Under the pieces are notes generated by a model that had not been told where the DNA came from, made no database searches, and saw nothing but the letters and a program-made list of their open reading frames with translations. A DNA stretch of 64,000 bases from Alphaproteobacteria bacterium. Lineage in GTDB: Bacteria > Pseudomonadota > Alphaproteobacteria > UBA9219. Each line of letters starts with the position of its first letter. Position 1 is the stretch's first letter. A program made the position numbers and the translations under genes. The stretch lies in NCBI GenBank assembly GCA_013286365.1, contig JABDFY010000006.1:1881-65880 (forward strand), written 5' to 3'. Positions 10,050 to 21,100 of this stretch are shown piece after piece.

Positions 10050-12017
10050 ATGCCTACAAGCGATGACGACAATAATGACGGTTGGTTTCGAAGAAATATT
10101 CTTCGGCATCTCAAACTCACAAATTTCACATACGTGGCCTTAGGTGCTTTCACACTTTTCAGCGTGGGAGATAGTATTCGTCGATGGGGTACAACACCTA
10201 ACTATAGTTATACCGAGCTAATGAACAGCGCCACAAGAAATCAGATTGATGATATAGTTATCGATGGTCGAAAAATTACTGGCTGGACAAGAAGCGGGCA
10301 GAAATTTGTCTCTACCCTTCCTGAGATTGCTGACGGCGGGGCTGTACTTAATAATTTTGTATCCCATGGCGTAAATGTAAAAAATGATTGGAACCTATTT
10401 GGCGCAATTTTCGACGCGCTCGAAATTGGCAGAACACAGGTTATTTTACTAGCACTGTGGCCGACTTACAGTGTCGGAAAATACATTGCGCGCAGCATTG
10501 GTAAAGCGAAGGGATTAGCAACACAAATAGGTAGTATCGATGATGATAGCGACGCCACTGTTGTTGGCCGCTTAAAAAGATTTAAGCGCAAGCGCTTTGA
10601 CCCAAAAGTTACATTTGATGACATCGTTGGGATTGATTCCGCTAAGGAAGAAATCATGGACGTCGTCGACATGCTCAAAAATCCTCAAAAGTACCGAGAT
10701 ATTGAAAAACAACCTCAAAGCAGCAAGAGCCTTCTTCCCAAGGGTATTCTCCTTGTTGGTCCGCCTGGTTGCGGAAAAACCCTCATCGCCCGCGCTATGG
10801 CGAATGAGGCTGGCGTCGCATTCTTTAGCATTAACGGCTCTGAATTTGATAGCAAATGGGTCGGTGAAGGCGCTGCGCGTGTACGCGAGGTATTTCAGAC
10901 CGCTAGGCGCAACAAACCTGCCATTATTTTTATTGACGAAATCGACGTCCTTGCCAGGGCCCGCAGCAATCGAGAAGATCGTTGGAGCATCCAAACGCTT
11001 ACTCAATTTCTTAAAGAAATTGACGGCTTCGAGTCTGAAGAAGGCATTACCCTTATCGGCGCCACAAACCGCCCTGATACACTAGATCCCGCGATACTTC
11101 GCCCCGGTCGCTTCAGCCGACATATAGAAGTTCCTCTGCCGGATTCTGCCGGTCGTAAAGCCCTTGCAGAATTTTATCTTGCAAAAAAACGAGTGTCAGA
11201 AGATGTCGACGCCAATGCCATCGCTAATGAAACCCCCGGTTTTTCACCAGCAGCAATTGAGAATCTCATTAACGAAGCTGCAATTCTAGCGATACGTAGT
11301 AAGCAGAAAGAAATACGTGCGGTGGATATATCTGAAGCTTATGACCGTAGTGTACGCGGGCTCGAACGAAAAGGTCTTGTTCAAACAGCTGCACAGATGC
11401 GACTTACGCGTTGGCACGAAGCTGGTCACGCTATACTTAAACTCTGTATTCCTGGTGCCACACCTCTTTCACGGGTTAGCGATATACCACGCGGAAACTC
11501 TCTAGGCGTAACCATTGGCCACATCGAAGGTGACAGTGCCGTTTACACACGCGATGAGATCGTTGCCGAAATGGTCGTTGCCAATGGTGGGCGAGAAGCT
11601 GAGAAAATAGCTACGTCTAATCCAGATTTTGTGTCGTCCGGCGCCAGTAGCGACATCGCCACTGTTACACGTATGGGTTACAGCATCGTCGCCGAACTTG
11701 GTATGGACCCTGCCATTGGCAATGTTCGTCTCAATCCCCTGCCCAACGGCGATGAAATTTTTACCGGTGGAGTATCTGAAGAAACGAACAGACTCGTTGT
11801 AAGTCGTGTGATGCAGTGGGCAAATGCAGCTAATGAATGTGCACGCAATGCCTTAAATGACAACATCAAGCCCCTGACAGCTTTAGCTGATGCACTAGAA
11901 AAACAAAGGACGCTTTCTGCCAAAGAAATACGAGAGATTGTCGACAAAGCTGGTGGGCTCAAATTAACCGAGCGGGTTCCGCAGGCACCGCAGATTCAAA
12001 CGTTAAAGGCTGCATAG
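10050..12017 (+). CDS. FtsH-like membrane AAA+ / M41 zinc metalloprotease, divergent paralog
   Basis: Two predicted TM segments flank an FtsH_ext-like region. Motifs present: Walker A GPPGCGKT, Walker B IIFIDEID, pore-loop-like [28 protein letters not shown], zinc site HEAGHAI, and downstream GGREAE and GASSDI. RBS GGAGG lies upstream. Confidence 0.8.
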   Translation: MPTSDDDNNDGWFRRNILRHLKLTNFTYVALGAFTLFSVGDSIRRWGTTPNYSYTELMNSATRNQIDDIVIDGRKITGWTRSGQKFVSTLPEIADGGAVLNNFVSHGVNVKNDWNLFGAIFDALEIGRTQVILLALWPTYSVGKYIARSIGKAKGLATQIGSIDDDSDATVVGRLKRFKRKRFDPKVTFDDIVGIDSAKEEIMDVVDMLKNPQKYRDIEKQPQSSKSLLPKGILLVGPPGCGKTLIARAMANEAGVAFFSINGSEFDSKWVGEGAARVREVFQTARRNKPAIIFIDEIDVLARARSNREDRWSIQTLTQFLKEIDGFESEEGITLIGATNRPDTLDPAILRPGRFSRHIEVPLPDSAGRKALAEFYLAKKRVSEDVDANAIANETPGFSPAAIENLINEAAILAIRSKQKEIRAVDISEAYDRSVRGLERKGLVQTAAQMRLTRWHEAGHAILKLCIPGATPLSRVSDIPRGNSLGVTIGHIEGDSAVYTRDEIVAEMVVANGGREAEKIATSNPDFVSSGASSDIATVTRMGYSIVAELGMDPAIGNVRLNPLPNGDEIFTGGVSEETNRLVVSRVMQWANAANECARNALNDNIKPLTALADALEKQRTLSAKEIREIVDKAGGLKLTERVPQAPQIQTLKAA

Positions 12018-12107
12018 AATCTGGCTGTCCGAGGATCAAATGATCGAGTTAACTGAGGCCTCTATATCTCAAATTGTTTCAGCCTGCGAGGGTCAGGTCC
12101 GATAGGA

Positions 12108-13235
12108 TCACGGTGTCAGCGCAATCCGCCCTCCTTCTGTAACGCCTCCGCAGAGGAAAATTGTGATCGGATGGGGATCGTTTGGATTCGTCCCGGGAGA
12201 ACTATTCCAAGCATAGTACAAAGCAGTTTGCACACGCCCTTCACGCGCAAGATCGCGAAAATCTTCCATCATGTGTTGGATCATCGGAATACGCAGGCTA
12301 TCATCCATGGGGCAAGAATTTGTCGGATTAATAACCCCCCATTCAGTTATCCAGCAGGGCTTGCTACCTTTCGGACCCGCTGACCCGCATTCAGTAACAA
12401 CATTATTACTCAAATTGATATCGACTTGCTGAAAACTACCTCCAGGGTAAAAATGGATGCCGTAACCGTCGACTAAATTGTCGAGCCCGTTTGCCCGCAA
12501 AAATTGGAGGGTTGCGTTGATCGCGACACCGTCTTCCATCTTCCCTGTTAGAACTCTCGCTCTTCCGGCCGGTGAGAGACCTGCGGAAATGATCGGTGTG
12601 TTCAGGTTCAGTCGCGAATGATCGCGAACATCCTTAAGAGCTGAAAGTATCTTCAAATATTGAAGAAATCCTTTGGCAATTTTTTGCCCTTCAGGGTCGT
12701 GGTAAAGATCTTCAAGGCTAAAAATCTTGCCTTCGCCAGGTAAGGGAAATTCTCCGTTGAATGCCGACCAATTGATCTCATTACCAAGCTCAATGCTGGC
12801 TAAAACCACTCCCTTCGCATCAAGTTGCGAGAGTAGAGTCTGGAAATAACTACGAGACATAGCCGGATCGGCATATGATAGCGGGTAGCTGGGATACATA
12901 TGGCTGTCGGGCGCATAGGGCGGTCGTACTGGGGTGTCGGGCAGGTACTGCGGATCGACGATAAGATTGATCTTAATGCCCTGCGCATAAAGCTGTGAAG
13001 CATATCCAGCGAGATCAGCAATATCTTTCCCAACAGGAAAACGAACAATGTGGACGCCTGCAGCTTTAAGTTGACTGATCACAGTTTGCCGGTCGGCAGA
13101 ACTAGCACGCGTTGCGTTCGGCACGTTCACTCCGGTTAATAACGTTTCGGCGTGTGCTGAGGCGATTAAATTAGACATCAGTAATGCGATAAGCAAAAAA
13201 GCAGAATAAATAGTGAGGTGAGCTGATTTTTTCAT
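12108..13235 (-). CDS. Secreted TIM-barrel glycoside-hydrolase-like protein (clan GH-A / GH5-like motifs), paralog 1
   Basis: Signal peptide MKKSAHLTIYSAFLLIALLMSNLIASAHA. ELGNEINW is an acid/base-like NE motif and CWITEWG is nucleophile-like, about 150 aa downstream. Start moved to ATG 13235; the track extends to 13295 and would overlap the upstream paralog. Confidence 0.5.
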   Translation of the reverse strand: MKKSAHLTIYSAFLLIALLMSNLIASAHAETLLTGVNVPNATRASSADRQTVISQLKAAGVHIVRFPVGKDIADLAGYASQLYAQGIKINLIVDPQYLPDTPVRPPYAPDSHMYPSYPLSYADPAMSRSYFQTLLSQLDAKGVVLASIELGNEINWSAFNGEFPLPGEGKIFSLEDLYHDPEGQKIAKGFLQYLKILSALKDVRDHSRLNLNTPIISAGLSPAGRARVLTGKMEDGVAINATLQFLRANGLDNLVDGYGIHFYPGGSFQQVDINLSNNVVTECGSAGPKGSKPCWITEWGVINPTNSCPMDDSLRIPMIQHMMEDFRDLAREGRVQTALYYAWNSSPGTNPNDPHPITIFLCGGVTEGGRIALTP

Positions 13236-13266
13236 AGGGTATACCTTGATTGTTGCGAGCAATTCG

Positions 13267-14412
13267 TCACATTGGCGAGATTGCCAAACGGCCACTTTCT
13301 GTCAACGCGCCACAGAGAAAAGCGCCAAACCGATCTTCCTTGGGCGCATGAATTTGACCTTGCCATGTGTAATAAAATATTGCTTTCAATCGCCCCTGTT
13401 GAGCGAATTGCGCAAAATCATCTCGCACTTCACGAACCAATGTTGTTCGATACGAATCATCGACCGGACAGGAATTTCCGGCAGCGCCAAAACCCCATTC
13501 CGTTAGCCAGCATGGCTTCCCAGACGAACTTCCGGCTGGGCGGCATTCGGTGAAAACAATGTTCTCGAGGCGTGACAAGCGGTTGGCGGCACCTTGGTTT
13601 GTGCCAGGCCCATTTCCAGGTGGATAGGTGTGAACGCCATAATAATCAACCAGATGATCAAGCCCGTTAACGCGAAGAAATTCTAGCGTCGCGTTGATGG
13701 CAACGCCGTCAACGCGTTTATCCCAGGAAGGGCCCGGCGGGTTATTGCCAATTGCAAGTCCGGCCGAAATAATCGGGGTATGCTGGTTCAGTTTTGAATG
13801 GTCCCGAATGTCTTTTAATACAGCAAGGCTTTTCATGTATTGGGTGAAACCCCTGGCAATCTGTTGTCCCTCAGGATCATGATACAGATCATCCAGTCCG
13901 AATATTTTTCCCTTACCGGGAAGAGGAAAATCGGCATTGGCCGTGAAATTGATCTCGTTCCCGAGCTCAAACCCAGCGAGCACAATTCCCTTGCTTTCAA
14001 GCTTTCCCAGCATGCTTTGAAAATAGGCTCTGAAGCTATCTGGATCAGACGTTGAAAGCGGAGGATTTCGCCAAAGGCCCATACCCGGTGGCGGTGTGGG
14101 AGCTTTCGTTCCTTTTGGCCATTGGAGATTGACAAGCCAGTCAATTTTGATCCCATGAGCGTAGACGCGCTCTGCAAAATTGATTCCCTTTTCATCCCCA
14201 TTTCTGTCAACATCAATGCCCATACGAATAACGCGTACACCCGCAGCTTGCATAGCGTTTAGAATGGATTCCTGCTCGTCGGGTGTCAGCTTATCCGGCG
14301 CATTCAATAAATTGACACCAACCACAACATTATCGGCATGGGCCAAAATTGGCATCAAAACCATGGCCAACAGTAAAGCCAAAAAAACTACAGGGCTGGT
14401 AAGTCTGTTCAT
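13267..14412 (-). CDS. Secreted TIM-barrel glycoside-hydrolase-like protein, paralog 2
   Basis: Signal peptide MNRLTSPVVFLALLLAMVLMPILAHA, with ELGNEINF and CWLTEWG. It aligns along its full length with the 12108-13235 product, for example FPLPGKGKIFGLDDLYHDPEGQQIARGF against FPLPGEGKIFSLEDLYHDPEGQKIAKGF. Confidence 0.5.
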   Translation of the reverse strand: MNRLTSPVVFLALLLAMVLMPILAHADNVVVGVNLLNAPDKLTPDEQESILNAMQAAGVRVIRMGIDVDRNGDEKGINFAERVYAHGIKIDWLVNLQWPKGTKAPTPPPGMGLWRNPPLSTSDPDSFRAYFQSMLGKLESKGIVLAGFELGNEINFTANADFPLPGKGKIFGLDDLYHDPEGQQIARGFTQYMKSLAVLKDIRDHSKLNQHTPIISAGLAIGNNPPGPSWDKRVDGVAINATLEFLRVNGLDHLVDYYGVHTYPPGNGPGTNQGAANRLSRLENIVFTECRPAGSSSGKPCWLTEWGFGAAGNSCPVDDSYRTTLVREVRDDFAQFAQQGRLKAIFYYTWQGQIHAPKEDRFGAFLCGALTESGRLAISPM

Positions 14413-14547
14413 AGGGAGAGGTTAAGTAGGACTCAAAACTTATTTAGATTATTACACTGTAATAAAATCTATGACAAACAATGGAATACTTGGGTTATTT
14501 GCATGAAACGGTGGTATCCAATGCGTTGATTGTGTTGACTCGAGGCG

Positions 14548-14594
14548 CCTTCACACGGTAGGGGTCACAGGTTCAATCCCTGTCGCACCCACCA
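14548..14594 (+). repeat. Perfect 47-bp copy of the tRNA-Val 3-prime end (anticodon loop to CCA); attR-like
   Basis: Base-for-base identical to 9465-9511. It is followed by a 10-bp-stem inverted repeat, TTTCAATGAT-ttagtg-ATCATTGAAA. Confidence 0.95.
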
Positions 14595-14695
14595 TTTCAA
14601 TGATTTAGTGATCATTGAAATGATTGAGAGAGCTACTTAAACCGAGTAGAAAACTTTACTGAAGTGTACCTGCTTTGGGTAGAAGGCTATCGCGT

Positions 14696-14986
14696 ATGAG
14701 TTATTCTGAAATCGATCCAGTTATTACCGCCTGGGCGCAGAGAAACTCACTGCATGTTTATACTCAATACCAAGAGAGTGAAGTTCGCTCAATCGATATT
14801 GTAAGTAAAATTGGCGAACGTTTTCAACTTTGGATTGATCGTCCATTTTCTGGACTAGTCGATATTCACGCATGGGATTACAGAAAAACAAAAAAAGACT
14901 GGCAGACACCAATCGACAAACTTAATGACGCCCTTGAAGAGGCCTTGCAAACTGTCGAATCTTGGATGAAAAAGAAACCGGCTTAG
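14696..14986 (+). CDS. Hypothetical protein (96 aa)
   Basis: ORF with ATG 14696 preceded by GAAGG. No recognisable motif. Confidence 0.35.
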   Translation: MSYSEIDPVITAWAQRNSLHVYTQYQESEVRSIDIVSKIGERFQLWIDRPFSGLVDIHAWDYRKTKKDWQTPIDKLNDALEEALQTVESWMKKKPA

Positions 14987-15184
14987 TTGATCCATCCTCT
15001 GGCACGCTGGGCGACAACTTCAGCCAACCTACAAACAACGCCCGCCAATGACTTAAAGTAACATTATGCGTTATGCCCTTGCTCTGCTGAGCTCGGGATT
15101 AATTGTCTTAAGAACAAAGCGACTTGATTAGTTGGGCATGGACTGATTAAGTCTATTCATAAATTGCCATATGGAGATTCTTTT

Positions 15185-18100
15185 ATGAAACAGTGGGTTG
15201 CAACTATCGCCTTTTGTCTTTTGCTTTCTCCTGTTTTTGCAGCGAATACGTCGCAACTGCCGGTTACAGCGAACAAGGTCGAAGGGCCAGTGAAAGGGCA
15301 ATTAACCGATCCAATCAAATTGAATGTTGAGAACCCCACTATTCTTCCGCGCGTGACGAACAAAGACGATCTGTCGGTAACTTTTTGTACCAATATGTAT
15401 TTCTCCAATGGGTTCTGGAGCATTCGCTCGTATTGCTCATCACCAGACCGTCAATTGCATTTAGCTGGGCGCCGGCAATTGACCGGCATTCATATGACGC
15501 CAGAAGTTGAAGGACAATGGCGTTGGGAGAGTGATTACAATTTAGTTTTCACACCTAAAAATACTTGGACTCCAGCGCAAGATTACAAAATACAATTCGA
15601 TCCGTCGATATTTCCGGACAATGTAAAGCTGGTGGATGGGAATTACCATTTTGCAGCCGAGACGTTAAACGCACACATCTCCAATATGGAGTTTTTTCAA
15701 GACCCTAACGATGTAGAAAAGCGTGGCGTTAACACAGTAATTACATTCAACACACCCGTTGATGCGCAGGTTGTGAAGGATCATATAAAATTTGTTTTAG
15801 ATGAATTGACGGATAACAACAATCCAACCCAACGCAAAACTATTTCCTCGGCTGAGAATTTACCGTTTGATTTAATAATGAATGATGATGGTACCGAAGC
15901 TACAATTGCAACCGCAATTAAGTCTCTACCAGACAAAGAACGGTTTCTGAAAGCGACGATACAACCCGGTTTAAAGGCTATTGCAGGCGGGGAGCCATTG
16001 GCAGTTGGCAAACCTGGCGAATTGGAACAGCGTGTGCGGATTCCCAGCCGTTATGATTATGCCTCGATCAGCCAGATTGAGCTGCATATGATTAAGAATG
16101 AACATTACGTACCGGAACAAATTCTGATCGTTCAAAGTAATGTACCCATCAGCAATGATGAGCTGACCAAGCATTTAAAAATCTATCAACTGCCCGCTGA
16201 TAAACCTTCTATCGCTAAAGACGAAAAGCCGATCAAGAATTATGCCTGGTCGAGCGCAACCGAAGTCACCGATGATATGTTGGCCCAAGCACCAGAGGTT
16301 AAATTCTCACTTAACCCTACGGCGGATAATGCCGCAACAATGCACAGCATTAAGCTCGATATTGAACCCGGCCATTGGTTGTATGTACGCGTTAGCAAAG
16401 GCCTAACGACAAAGGGCGATTATATTTTGGCGGATAACCACAATGACACCGTCAAAGCCCCTCAATATAGCAAAGAAGTAAAGATCCTGAGCGACGGTGG
16501 GTTACTCAGTTTAAGCGGCGACAAGAAAATATCGATCTACTCCCTAGGCGCGCAGAAGTTGCATTTTGAGATCGAGCGCGTTGAGAACGACGATATTAAT
16601 CATTTGGCCAGTCAAACAAGAGGGAATTTTGAGAATCCTTCTTTCGACAATTATAATTTTTCGTCTCACAATATTGCCGAAAATTTTAGCCAAGATGTTG
16701 ATGTACCATCAACCGACCTGCGCAAGCCACAATTTTTGGCATTCGACTTCGCGCCCTATTTGTCAAAAACTTCGGTCGACAGAAAACTCGATTATACCAG
16801 CGATCCGAAAGGCCACGGGCTATTTTTTCTGACCATTCAGGCGATGGCGAAGGACGATAAAGGTAAAGATACCATCGTCTCGGCTGACCATCGGTTTATA
16901 CTAGTATCGGATTTGGGTTTTGTGGTGAAGACATCCGCCAATGGCGCGCATGATGTGTTCGTGCAGTCGATCAAATCCGGAAAACCCGTTTCGAGTGCAA
17001 AGGTTGAAGTGCTGGGTTTAAACGGATTACCTATTGCTACCGTTGAGACGGACGGCAAAGGTCATGCCGTCCTGCCGAGTTTGCAGGGACTGACTGACGA
17101 CAAGCAACCCATAGCTTATGTCGTACGCGATGGCGACGATCTCGCTTTCATGTCCTATACGGCTTATGACCGCAAATTGAATTATTCTCAGTTTGATACC
17201 GAAGGACTAGAAGGCTCATCAGAGGATTTGCACGCTTATATGTTTTCCGACCGCGGCATCTATCGGCCAGGCGAAGAAGGACATATCGGAATCGTGGTCA
17301 AGCAAGGCGATTGGGCGAAGGATTTAAGCGGTGTGCCATTACAGCTGGAGGTTACTAATCCGCGCGGACAAGTCATCGATCAGCCGGTTATTAAATTAAA
17401 TGCTCAGGGTTTGGCTGAATATCATTTTGTAACGCAAGATACCTCACCGACGGGCACCTATAATTTTCGTCTGTCTATCGAGAAGGAAGAACAAACAGAT
17501 AATGATAATGCAGACGAAAGCGACAATGAAGAGAGCCGGCATGAAGGGCATAGAGGGCACCGGCAGGATGTATCACATCAAGAAATCAAAACAAGCCAAT
17601 TGGGTAGTACATCCGTACACGTTGAAGAATTTTTGCCAGATACTCTGAAGATTACGTCCCAGTTCAATAAACCAATTTCCAAGGGCTGGCTGTCACCGGA
17701 CGGACTCCGCGCCACAGTTAGTTTGCAGCATTTGTACGGCGCTCCTGCCGTTGATCATCGCATCAAGGCAAGCCTGAATATTGCACCCGACAGTTTCATC
17801 TTCAAAGAGTTTCCTGATTATCAATTCTTCGATCCGCTGAAACCCGCAAAAAACTTTGATCAGCCGATTGGCGAGGCACAGACCGACGCGGAAGGCAAGG
17901 CTTCATTCAACCTTAGCCTTACACAGTTTGGCACTTCGACGTATCGCCTGACGTTCCAAAGCGAAGGCTTTGCCCAAGACTCTGGACGGAGTGTGCACAC
18001 CGAGAATTCTGTTTTGATATCATCGCTGCCCTATGTCATCGGTATGAAAATCGATGGAAATTTAGGTTACATTAACAAATCCGAAAAACGCATCGTGCAG

Positions 18101-21100
18101 CTCATCGCCGTGAATAGTGATTTGACACAAATCGATGTGCCTGATGTGAAATTCAAACTTGCACAAGTCGAATATATTTCTACACTAATCAAGAACGAAA
18201 GTGGGGCTTATGAATATAGTTCTGTCCCAAAGGAAACCATAGTTTCGACTGGCAATTTGCCGGTTGCTGCAAAAGGCACAAGCACTGTTTTGGATAGCAG
18301 TAAACCTGGCAGCTTTGCGCTAATTTTAGTTGATGCAAAAGATACCATCCTGCAGCGCATCGATTACACCGTTGTGGGTGAAGGAAATCTTCTTGGGCAC
18401 GCAAAGAAAAATGCGATAATTAGCGTAAAACTAAACAAGACAAAATACGATACCGAAGACACGATCACGATGAATATCATCTCTCCTTATACCGGCACAG
18501 GTCTAATCACCCTGGAAACCGATAAGGTTTTGGCATTCAAATGGTTTAAGGCCGAGACCACCAGTACGATGCAATCCATTGAAATCCCAAAGGGTTTTAC
18601 CGGCAAGGGCTATGTGAATGTGCAGTTTGTGCGTTCCCTGGATTCGAAGGAAATTTTTACGACGCCGTTTGCCTATGATGTTGAGCCTTTTTTCGTCAAA
18701 ACGGACTCTATTGATAGTCAGATTGCCTTAACGGTGCCAGAAAATGCCAAGCCAGGTGATACATTTTCGATCGGTTACAAGACAAAGACTCCAGGAAAAA
18801 TTATCATTTACGGTGTCGATGAAGGCATTTTGCAATATGCACATTACCTAACGCCGGATCCGTTGAATTATTTCGTCGATCGACGCGCCTTGAACGTTGA
18901 GACCGCGCAAATTCTTGATCTCTTGATGCCTGAATATTCGATCTTGCAGTCACTATCTGCAACAGGTGGTGGCGGTGGAGAGGATGAGCTGCTGGGCAAG
19001 AGCCTCAATCCTTTCAAACGCAAATCGATTCCACCAGTAGCGTTCTGGTCTGGAATTATCGATTCCGATAGTACACTACGCGCGTTTCACTATACTGTGC
19101 CGGATTCTTTTAATGGCAGCTTACGAATCATGGCCATAGCTGTTTCAGATCAAACACTTGGCGCTTTCGAAAACAGGGAATATGTGAAGGGCGATATCAT
19201 CATTTCGCCGAACGTGCCGACATTCGCTGCGCCCGGGGATGAATTCACGGTTGGATTAAGCGTTGCCAATAATATTGTCGGCTCTGGTAAGGACGCAAAA
19301 ATTAAATTAACCGTCACACCGTCTGAGCATCTTGATGTCATCGAAGGTAAAAACAGCGAATTGGTCGTCGCCGAGAATGGCGAAGCCAAGGCAAATATTC
19401 GCGTCAAAGCCAAAGATGTTTTAGGTGGAGCAACTCTAACTTTCAACGCGACATCCGGCAAAGCAACGGCAAGAATTGATGAGACCCTTAGCGTCCGACC
19501 ACCCACACCAAACATGACTTCGCTATTAAGCGGTTACGCCGAAAATGGAGAAAAGCAAGTCAAACAGGACCGTGATTTGTATAAAGAATTTGCGACCGCG
19601 GATGCAGCCGTGTCGACATTGCCCATCAGTTTGATCCCCGGCCTCGCGCAATATCTCGATCAATTCCCCTATGGCTGCACCGAGCAAATTGTCAGCAAAG
19701 CATTCCCTGCTGTGATTTTGTCGGGACAGACAGAACTAGGTGCTGACGCCAAGGTTGTACAGGACAGTGTCGACCACACGATGCGTCATTTGCGTGAAGT
19801 ACAAAACGACAAGGGCGGTTTTGGCTATTGGTGGTACGGCGGTGATGCCGATGATTTCGTCAGCGTCTACGCGCTACATTACATGCTGATGGCCAAAGAA
19901 AAGCATTTGCCAGTGCCGGATGAAACGTTCCGCAAAGCGCAAGAGTACGTTAAAAATATGGTCAATCGAAGTCCATCCTCGTTAGATCAGGCGCGCAATC
20001 AGGCATACGGCATTTATATACTGACACGCAGTGGCGTGGTCACGGCGAATTATTTGCCCAATCTTTTACAATATCTGAATGATGCGCAAAAGGATGAATG
20101 GAAAAATGATCTAACCGCAGTCTATCTCGCGGCAGCTTATAAGCTAATGAAACTTGAACCAGAAGCCAATCAGTTGATGAATGAATTCACGCTTGGTGAT
20201 CCCGTCTATTGGAACACCCACCATTTTTACTTCAATCAATATCGCTTTTACAACAGCCTCAACCGTTACGCACAATATCTGGCTGTGATGTCGGATCATT
20301 TCCCTGAAATGCTGACAAAAATGGATCGCAATATCTTGTTTCGCATCGCGAATTTCATTGGCGACGGGAATTATAACACTTTGTCATCATCCTACGCGAT
20401 TATGGGCTTAAGCGCTTATGGTCAAGCATCGACGGCACTGGCCAAAGCCAATATGGCCATCAGCCAGCAGGATGAACATGGGGCTTGGAAACCCTTGGCT
20501 TTAACCGGCGAGCAAATTAAACGCGCGCAATTGGCCTTATCGCGCAGTGATGTCAAATTCTCAGGTGGTGGGGACATTGGTTTGTTCTATCAATTAGCAA
20601 CTGAGGGTTATGATCGCGTTCATGCGACCCAGCCGATTGAGGATGGTTTGGAGATCAAACGTGACTATCTCAACGCTGATCACAAGCCGGTAACAGACGT
20701 TAAGATCGGCGATACAGTCATTGTCGTCGTCACCATGCGCGCGCATGACAATAAGACGCTTGAAAATATGGCGATGGTTGACCTGCTGCCTTCCGGGTTT
20801 GAGGTCGTACCCGAAAGCATTACGCGACCTACTGCCGATGCTGCTGCCAATGAAAACAACAGCGATGAAGACGAAGGCAATGATGATAATAATATGGCTC
20901 AAAAAACTTCAGACAAGAATAATGCTGACGATAATTTCGCCGCACAAATCTGGTCTCCCGAAGCCGTCGATGCTCGTGAAGACCGCGTGATCGCCTTCGG
21001 CGCAGTACCATCGAATGACGTTATTTATCATTATAGAATTAAGGCCGTGAACGCTGGAACCTTCACCGTCCCACCTGCCTATGTCGAATCCATGTATGAA

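Larger units (their letters stand above)
9465..14594. mobile_element. Cassette 1: segment bounded by a perfect 47-bp direct repeat of the tRNA-Val 3-prime end (attL/attR-like)
   Basis: 9465-9511 and 14548-14594 are identical: ccttcacacggtaggggtcacaggttcaatccctgtcgcacccacca. The sequence upstream of the second copy has no similarity to the tRNA 5-prime half. Confidence 0.65.

Noticed and set aside
10466-11085. Overlapping ORFs 10466-10678(-), 10572-11006(-) and 10597-11085(+) inside the FtsH-like gene
   Set aside because: The frame with the Walker A/B, SRH and HEAGH motifs is unambiguous. The alternatives are frame-shadow ORFs.
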